From NCBI GenBank assembly GCA_022511345.1, contig JAFLRR010000009.1:15442-79441 (forward strand): a stretch of DNA of 64,000 nucleotides, given 5' to 3'. Both the position numbers and the translations under genes were made by a program. A model generated the notes under the pieces. It saw nothing but the letters and a program-made list of their open reading frames with translations, ran no database searches and was not told the DNA's origin. The DNA is from Alistipes sp. Its GTDB lineage: Bacteria; Bacteroidota; Bacteroidia; Bacteroidales; Rikenellaceae. Below, in pieces: positions 57,938-64,000 of this stretch; within the stretch, counting starts at the first letter, position 1, and the number at the start of each line of letters is the position of its first letter.

Positions 57938-58165
57938 ATGCCTATAATAATAAACATAGACGTAATGATGGCCAAGCGCAAAATGTCGCTCGGCGAACTG
58001 TCGGAGCGTGTAGACATAACCCCTGCGAACATGTCGATTCTCAAGAACGGCAAGGCCAAGGCCATACGTTTTTCGACACTGGAGGCCGTATGCCGCGTGC
58101 TCGACTGCCAACCCGGCGACATAATAGAGTACCGCCCCGACGGCGAAGATAAGTCAAATCAATAA
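57938..58165 (+). CDS. Cro/C1-type (YozG-like) HTH transcriptional regulator
   Basis: MPIIINIDVMMAKRKMSLGELSERVDITPANMSILKNGKAKAIRFSTLEAVC...CQPGDI. Confidence 0.93.
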   Translation: MPIIINIDVMMAKRKMSLGELSERVDITPANMSILKNGKAKAIRFSTLEAVCRVLDCQPGDIIEYRPDGEDKSNQ

Positions 58166-58201
58166 AAATCAATAAAAACCAATAACAAACAATTTCGTAT
58201 T

Positions 58202-61021
58202 ATGAAGCGATTTCTGATTTCGGCGGCAGCGTTGCTGACAGCAGCAACCTCCGTCCTGGCGCAGAATGCACCGATTCCCCTCGACCCTGCCGTCCGTTAC
58301 GGCAAGCTGGAGAACGGCATGACGTACTACGTGCGCCACAACGAGAAGCCCAAGGGACAGGCCGATTTCTACATCCTGCACAACGTGGGCGCCATTCAGG
58401 AGAATGACGACCAGCAGGGTCTGGCCCACTTCCTGGAGCACATGGCATTCAACGGAACCAAAAACCTGCCCGACAAGATGCTCATCGAGTATCTGGAGAA
58501 AGTGGGTGTGAAGTTCGGCGCGAACCTCAACGCCGGCACCTCGTGGGACTACACGCTCTACAACATGAGCGACGTGCCCACCACTCGCGAAGGCATAATC
58601 GATTCGGCGCTGCTGATTCTGCACGACTGGTCGTCGTTCATAACCCTCGCACCCGAGGAGATAGACAAGGAGCGCGGCGTAATCATGGAGGAGCTGCGCA
58701 CGCGCGACGGCGCGCAGTGGCGCTCGACAATCCAGATGCTCAAGGCTATAGGCAAAGGCACCAAGTATGCCGAGCGTAACCTGATAGGCTACCTCGACGG
58801 TCTGAAGTCGTTCGGTCACGACCAGCTGGAGGCTTTCTACCACACGTGGTACCGCCCGGACTACCAGGCCGTTATCGTCGTGGGTGACGTGGATGCCGAC
58901 GCCGTTGTAGGCAAAATCAAGACGCTCATGGCCGATGTGCCGGCTCCGGCGGCAGACGCCCCGCAGAAGGAGGTGATAGTAGCGCCCGTCAACGAAGAGC
59001 CCATAGTCTCGATATTCACCGACCCCGAGATGATCCGTTCGTCGGCCTCGCTCTACATCAAGCACCAGGCGATGCCCAACGAACTGAAGGGCACCATGGC
59101 CGGATATTCGGTCAACGTACTGACCAACTACATCGGCATGATGGCCAACTCGCGCCTGCGCGACATAGCCCAGAAGCCCGACGCGCCCTTCCTGGCAGCA
59201 TCGCTGCGCTACGGCAGCATGGGCATCTGCCCCACTGCCGACATGCTGACGCTCGGAGTTGTTACCGAGGACGGCAAGCTCATCGAAGGTTTCGAGGCCG
59301 CTTATGCCGAGCTTGAGAAGATTCGCCGCTACGGATTCACCGACAGCGAGTTCGAGCGCGCGCGCAACGAGATGATGCGCTATGCCGAGCAGGAGTATGC
59401 AAACCGCAACGACCGCAAAAACGAGTCCTACGTACACGACTACGTGTCGCACTACCAGTCGAACGACCCGACACCCGACGCCGAGACCATGTGGAAGATA
59501 GACAGCATGCTTATCAGCTCGATACCCGTCGAGGCAGTCAACAACATAGCCTCGCAGCTGGTAACGCCCGAAAACCGCGTGGTAATAGTCAACGCCCCCG
59601 AGAAGGAGGGTCTGGTAAATCCCACTGCCGAGCAGCTTACAGCCGTGCTGGCCAAGGTCGATGCCGCTGAGCTCGCAGCTCACCAGGACAACGCCGTAAA
59701 CGAGCCTCTGATTGCCGACGAGAGCCTGCTGAAGGGTTCGCCCGTGGTGAGCGAGAGCAGCAACGAGGCATACGGCACTACGGAGTGGACGCTCAAGAAC
59801 GGAATCCGCATAATCGTCAAGCCCACAAAGTTCAAGGCCGACGAGGTGCTCTTCCAGGCCGAGTCGTTCGGCGGAACGTCGGTGCTCGACAATGTCGACT
59901 ACTACACCGGAAAATACATCTCGTTGTTCGAGTCGACCGGCGGCGTGTCGAAATTCTCGGCTGCCGACCTTCGCAAGATGCTCTCGGGCAAAAATGCCAA
60001 CGTGATGGTCAACGCCGACGATTACAGCAGCTACATGTCGGGCTCCTGCTCGCCCAAGGATATCGAAACCATGCTTCAGCTGGCATATCTGCGCTTCACC
60101 GAACCCCGCTTCACCGAGGACGACTTCGCAACCGCCATGAAGAGCATGCGTTCGCAGACCGCCAACCTGCGCGCAAACCCCATGTACATCCTGCAGGACC
60201 AGTTCTACAAGACACTCTACAACGACAACTTCCGTCAGCAGGTGCTGAGCGACGATGTGCTCAACATGATAGACTTCACGCGTCTGGGCGCCGTTCATGC
60301 ACAGCTCTTCCCCAGCGCCAACAGCTTCCTGTTCACCTTCGTGGGCAATGTCGACACCGAGACGCTCAAGCCTCTGGTCGAGAAATACCTCGGTTCGCTG
60401 CCCACAAGCAAGGATTACCTCAACTTCGCCGATGACGGCGTACACAAGGTAAGCGGCATTGTCGTAAACGACTTCAAGACCCCGATGCAGCAGCCCAAGG
60501 TGAGCGTGCTCTATGCGTTCAACGGCCCGGCTGACTACACCATCGAGAACCGTCTGGCCATGACGTTCCTCTCGCAGGCACTCTCCTCGCGCTATTTAGA
60601 GTCCATCCGCGAGGAGAAGGGCGGCACCTACGGCGTACATGTCAACGGAGGCATCTCGCCGCTGCTCGACCGCCGCTACGACATGATAATACAGTTCGAC
60701 ACCAACGAGCAGATGGCTGACGAGCTGTGCGAGATAATCATGGAGGAGTTCGAGAAGATTGCCGCCGAGGGTCCCCGCGACGACGACTTCAACAAGACGC
60801 GCGAATACCTGCTCAAGGAGTGGGACAACTCGCTCGAGGAGAACCGCCGCTGGGTAAGCCGCATCGGCGAGTACAACTTCTACGGTCTGGACTACATAGC
60901 CGACTACCCTGCCGAGCTGAAGGCCATGAACAAGGAGAAGGTAGGCAAGCTGGCCCGCACGATTCTCGACAACAAGAACATGGTCAAGATAATCATGCGC
61001 CCCGAGGCTGCCGCCGAGTAG
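58202..61021 (+). CDS. M16 family zinc peptidase (PqqL-like), secreted
   Basis: Signal peptide, GKLENGMTYYVRHN, GLAHFLEHMAFNGT (HxxEH), EEIDKERGVIMEE, SIREEKGGTYGV. Confidence 0.94.
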   Translation: MKRFLISAAALLTAATSVLAQNAPIPLDPAVRYGKLENGMTYYVRHNEKPKGQADFYILHNVGAIQENDDQQGLAHFLEHMAFNGTKNLPDKMLIEYLEKVGVKFGANLNAGTSWDYTLYNMSDVPTTREGIIDSALLILHDWSSFITLAPEEIDKERGVIMEELRTRDGAQWRSTIQMLKAIGKGTKYAERNLIGYLDGLKSFGHDQLEAFYHTWYRPDYQAVIVVGDVDADAVVGKIKTLMADVPAPAADAPQKEVIVAPVNEEPIVSIFTDPEMIRSSASLYIKHQAMPNELKGTMAGYSVNVLTNYIGMMANSRLRDIAQKPDAPFLAASLRYGSMGICPTADMLTLGVVTEDGKLIEGFEAAYAELEKIRRYGFTDSEFERARNEMMRYAEQEYANRNDRKNESYVHDYVSHYQSNDPTPDAETMWKIDSMLISSIPVEAVNNIASQLVTPENRVVIVNAPEKEGLVNPTAEQLTAVLAKVDAAELAAHQDNAVNEPLIADESLLKGSPVVSESSNEAYGTTEWTLKNGIRIIVKPTKFKADEVLFQAESFGGTSVLDNVDYYTGKYISLFESTGGVSKFSAADLRKMLSGKNANVMVNADDYSSYMSGSCSPKDIETMLQLAYLRFTEPRFTEDDFATAMKSMRSQTANLRANPMYILQDQFYKTLYNDNFRQQVLSDDVLNMIDFTRLGAVHAQLFPSANSFLFTFVGNVDTETLKPLVEKYLGSLPTSKDYLNFADDGVHKVSGIVVNDFKTPMQQPKVSVLYAFNGPADYTIENRLAMTFLSQALSSRYLESIREEKGGTYGVHVNGGISPLLDRRYDMIIQFDTNEQMADELCEIIMEEFEKIAAEGPRDDDFNKTREYLLKEWDNSLEENRRWVSRIGEYNFYGLDYIADYPAELKAMNKEKVGKLARTILDNKNMVKIIMRPEAAAE

Positions 61022-61045
61022 CGCACGGCCATAAAGCAAAACAAG

Positions 61046-61080
61046 GAGCGGACCTCTCGTCGAGGTCCGCTCTTTCGTTT
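61046..61080. terminator. Bidirectional terminator
   Basis: GAGCGGACCTC-tcgtc-GAGGTCCGCTC with A-rich and T-rich flanks. Confidence 0.85.
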
Positions 61081-61089
61081 GCGGCAAGA

Positions 61090-61242
61090 CTATCGCTTGT
61101 CGGTCTTTCTGGTGTACTGGTTAATCCCGGTGGGATTGTTGCCGTGCGACTTGGTCTGCGACGAGGTCGAGGCTGTGGTTTTGGATGCGGACTTGCTCTG
61201 CGAAGTGCGGCCGCATGTCGAATTCTTGGTAGACTCTTTCAT
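61090..61242 (-). CDS. 50-aa hydrophilic Ser/Thr/Lys-rich small protein (absent from the ORF track)
   Basis: MKESTKNSTCGRTSQSKSASKTTASTSSQTKSHGNNPTGINQYTRKTDKR. A-rich leader, lies between Mn-catalase and a terminator. Confidence 0.7.
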   Translation of the reverse strand: MKESTKNSTCGRTSQSKSASKTTASTSSQTKSHGNNPTGINQYTRKTDKR

Positions 61243-61302
61243 GATTCAACCGATTTTTTTGTTTAACATTATTTACAGCGCCGGACATGCCGGCCGGTGT
61301 TG

Positions 61303-62289
61303 TCAGTGCTGTTCGACGGGCTGGCGCTTAGTGCGGCCCGGCTGGCGCTCGTAGTCGCACCACTCCTGCGCGCCCTCGCCTGTAACGGCGCGACGAATCT
61401 CGCCGCTGCGCTCACGCGCAAGTTTGCGGTCGGCGGTGCGCACCGAGGCCAGCGTGCGGTCGGAGCCGGTGACCTTCAGTTCGGTCAGGCCGTCGGTGGC
61501 GAGCACTTGCTCGCGCGGGTTGTCGACATACTGCCACTGCTCGTGCAGCTGCGTGCTCTCGCCCTTGCACCAGGGTGCCGAAGTAGTATCCGCAGAGCCC
61601 TCGCAGCCCGCCGAATGGTTGGAGTAGAGATTGCTGTAACGGGGGTCGGACTGAAGCACTCCCGGCGGGAAATTGGGTCGGATGGTACAGAGCGCCGCCT
61701 CGAACTGCTGGTAGTGCGCCACCTCGCGGGTCATCAGATAGTTGAGCGTATCGAGGACCCACTTGTCGTCGGTAAACTGCATGAGATATTCGTAGACTAT
61801 CTTCGCGCGCGACTCCGAAGCCAGATTCGAGCGCAGGTCGACAGTCAGATCGCCGTTGGCATTGATGTAGGTCGCCTGCCACGGTGCGCCGGCGCTGTTC
61901 ACCAGCATGGGACCGCCGGCCGAGATGGTGCCGAACTGCGGGTTGACGCAGAATGCCGAGTGGATGAAGTCGTCCTTGCAGAACTTCTCGCCGAAGACGT
62001 CGTTGGTCTCGACGGCATCCTTCATGTTGCCGTTCACGCCGGCCAGAAGCATCTGAATAGTTGCGCCGACAATCTCGAGGTGGCCGAGCTCCTCGGCAGC
62101 TATATCCATGAGCATGTCGTATTTGTCCGGATAGGGATTGTGGCAGGCGAAGGCCTGTACGAAATACTGCATCGAGGCCGACAGCTCGCCGTTGCCGCCG
62201 CCGAACTGCTCGAGCATAAGAGAGGCGAAACGCGCGTCGGGTCGCGATACGCGGGCCTTGAAATGGAGCTCTTTGGAGTGGTAAAACAT
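61303..62289 (-). CDS. Manganese catalase family protein
   Basis: MFYHSKEL, LEQFGGGNGELSASMQY, DIAAEELGHLE, DLRSNLASESRA, LMTREVAHYQQF. Start at ATG 62289. Confidence 0.93.
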   Translation of the reverse strand: MFYHSKELHFKARVSRPDARFASLMLEQFGGGNGELSASMQYFVQAFACHNPYPDKYDMLMDIAAEELGHLEIVGATIQMLLAGVNGNMKDAVETNDVFGEKFCKDDFIHSAFCVNPQFGTISAGGPMLVNSAGAPWQATYINANGDLTVDLRSNLASESRAKIVYEYLMQFTDDKWVLDTLNYLMTREVAHYQQFEAALCTIRPNFPPGVLQSDPRYSNLYSNHSAGCEGSADTTSAPWCKGESTQLHEQWQYVDNPREQVLATDGLTELKVTGSDRTLASVRTADRKLARERSGEIRRAVTGEGAQEWCDYERQPGRTKRQPVEQH

Positions 62290-62414
62290 GGTCGTTACTC
62301 TTTTTGTTAAACATCCCGCTGCAAGTCCCAGGCACGCAGCAGCCGGCAGAGGCCGCATAGCAGTGCCTGTGGAGCGTCAGAAAGCTCCCGAAAGACCGCA
62401 GCATGACGCATTCG

Positions 62415-62430
62415 AGCAAAAGGCTTGCCA
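62415..62430 (-). promoter_or_regulatory. sigma54-type -24/-12 promoter upstream of Mn-catalase
   Basis: Minus strand reads TGGCAAG-CCTT-TTGCT, one mismatch to TGGCACG-N4-TTGCW. Confidence 0.7.
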
Positions 62431-62534
62431 AAAAAAGAGCCGCGCACTTGTCAAAACAGAACAGGACAGCTGCCGCCGCCCCGCAATCAGCCCGATGCCG
62501 CGGGCATCGTCCTGCCTTCGGCACCGGCTGGCAG

Positions 62535-62576
62535 AAAACAAGCCGAGGGCCGGACTGCGCGGTCCGGCCCTCGGCT
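62535..62576 (-). terminator. Terminator of the nqr operon
   Basis: AGCCGAGGGCCGGAC/GTCCGGCCCTCGGCT perfect 15-bp stem followed by TGTTTT on the minus strand. Confidence 0.9.
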
Positions 62577-62593
62577 CAGTTATCTTGGAATCA

Positions 62594-63859
62594 CTACGAA
62601 CCGAAGTTGTCGTAGAGAATGTTCTCAGGCGGCACGCCGAGGCTGTCGAGCATCTTTACCACCGACGAAATCATCATCGGGGGTCCGCACATGAGGTAGA
62701 TGCAGCCCTCGGGGTCCTCGTGATTCTTGAGATAGTTCTCGTAGAGCACGTTGTGAACGAAGCCCGCCGTATACTTCACGCCTGCGGCATCGGCCTCGGG
62801 GTCGGGACGGTCCAGTGCCAGGTTGAACGAGAAGTTGGGGAACTCGGCGCCTATCTCGGCGAAATCCTCCATGTAGGGAGCCTCCTTCAGGGCGCGGGCG
62901 CCGTACCAGAACGATACGGGGCGCTTGGTCTTCTCGGTCTTGAACAGGTGCATGATGTGGCTGCGCATGGGAGCCATGCCGGCACCGCCGCCGATGAATA
63001 TCAGCTCCTGCGTATCGGGCAGGTTGTCGGGCAGGAAGAACTCGCCGTAGGGACCCGAGATGGTCACCTTGTCGCCCGGCTTGCGCGAGAAGACATAGGA
63101 CGAGCAGATACCCGGGTTGACATTCATGAAGCCGCCCGTAGCACGGTCGAACGGCGGCGTGGCGATACGTATGTTGAGCATGATGATGTTGCCCTCGGCC
63201 GGATGGTTGGCCATGGAGTAGGCACGGAACGTAGGCTCGGGGTTCTTCGTCACCAGGTCCCACATCTTGAACTTGTCCCAATCCTCGCGGAAGCGCTCGT
63301 CGATATCCATGTCCGAGAATTTGATTTCGTCGTACTTCGGGATGTCGATCTGGATGTAGCCGCCGCTGCGGAAGTTGAGCGTCTCGCCTTCGGGAAGCTT
63401 GACGACAAACTCCTTGAGGAAGGTCGAGATGTTGCGGTTGGAAACAACCTCGCACTCCCACTTCTTAACGCCCAGGACAGCCTCGGGAACCTTGATTTTC
63501 ATGTTCTCCTTGACCTTGACCTGGCAGCCGAGGCGCCAGTGCTCCTTGGCCATCTTGCGCGAGATGAAGCCGGTCTCGGTGGGAAGCAGCTCGCCGCCGC
63601 CCTCCATTACCTGACACTTGCACATGCCGCACGCGCCGCCTCCGCCGCAGGCCGACGGCAGAAATACGCTGTTGTCGGCAAGCGTGGCGAGCAGCGTCGA
63701 GCCGCTCTCGGCGGTGAGAATCTTTTCGCCGCCGTTGATATCGATTGTAACGGCACCCGATACGGTGAGCTTGGCTTTAGCCACCAGCAGCAGAGCCACC
63801 AGCAGCAGTATCACCACGAGAAATGCCGCAATCGCCGCTATTATAGTTGTCAATTCCAT
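62594..63859 (-). CDS. nqrF: Na+-translocating NADH:quinone reductase subunit F
   Basis: N-terminal TM, 2Fe-2S SACGGGGACGMCKC, RAYSMANHPAE, IGGGAGMAPMRSHI, YLMCGPP, YDNFGS. Confidence 0.97.
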   Translation of the reverse strand: MELTTIIAAIAAFLVVILLLVALLLVAKAKLTVSGAVTIDINGGEKILTAESGSTLLATLADNSVFLPSACGGGGACGMCKCQVMEGGGELLPTETGFISRKMAKEHWRLGCQVKVKENMKIKVPEAVLGVKKWECEVVSNRNISTFLKEFVVKLPEGETLNFRSGGYIQIDIPKYDEIKFSDMDIDERFREDWDKFKMWDLVTKNPEPTFRAYSMANHPAEGNIIMLNIRIATPPFDRATGGFMNVNPGICSSYVFSRKPGDKVTISGPYGEFFLPDNLPDTQELIFIGGGAGMAPMRSHIMHLFKTEKTKRPVSFWYGARALKEAPYMEDFAEIGAEFPNFSFNLALDRPDPEADAAGVKYTAGFVHNVLYENYLKNHEDPEGCIYLMCGPPMMISSVVKMLDSLGVPPENILYDNFGS

Positions 63860-63880
63860 TTTCGTAAATCGATTTGAAGA

Positions 63881-64000
63881 TTAGAATTGTATGCCCGAGA
63901 ATATCATGAATGCGATACCCATCAGGCCCGTGATGATGAAGGTGATGCCGGGACCCTTGAGTGCGGCCGGGATGTGCGAGTAGGTGATTCTCTCGCGGAT
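63881..64000 (-). CDS. nqrE: Na+-NQR subunit E, C-terminal part (partial)
   Basis: ...[39 protein letters not shown], directly upstream of nqrF. Confidence 0.93.
   Translation of the reverse strand: MRERITYSHIPAALKGPGITFIITGLMGIAFMIFSGIQF

Overview
Core-chromosome window of a high-GC Bacteroidetes bacterium. It is most likely Alistipes/Rikenellaceae, inferred from TTTG-N19-21-TAnnTTTG promoters, Na+-NQR, a TonB-dependent receptor, and the xylB-xylA-xylE order. It holds about 55 coding regions: proS, serS, tyrS, dnaX, clpB, ffh, era, folB, ald, a xylose operon, GH95, transporters, a LytTR two-component pair, bacterioferritin, rubredoxin, Mn-catalase and nqrF/E. It also has one tRNA-Gln(UUG). 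No integrase, transposase, prophage or CRISPR array is visible. The best leads are: (1) a two-gene radical SAM/SPASM + small lipoprotein operon whose lipoprotein carries two repeated Met-Tyr-Gly motifs, a candidate tyramine-excision (splicease-type) system that would put beta-amino-acid warheads on a membrane-anchored protein; (2) sigma54-type -24/-12 elements in front of three unlinked stress genes (clpB, bfr, Mn-catalase), none of which has the housekeeping promoter; (3) an A10 slippery run in dnaX where both alternative frames stop almost at once (tau/gamma recoding); (4) an orphan ~200-nt structured RNA candidate with its own canonical promoter behind tRNA-Gln. Two real small genes are missing from the ORF track. 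All functional calls come from motif recognition by eye; no database search was run.
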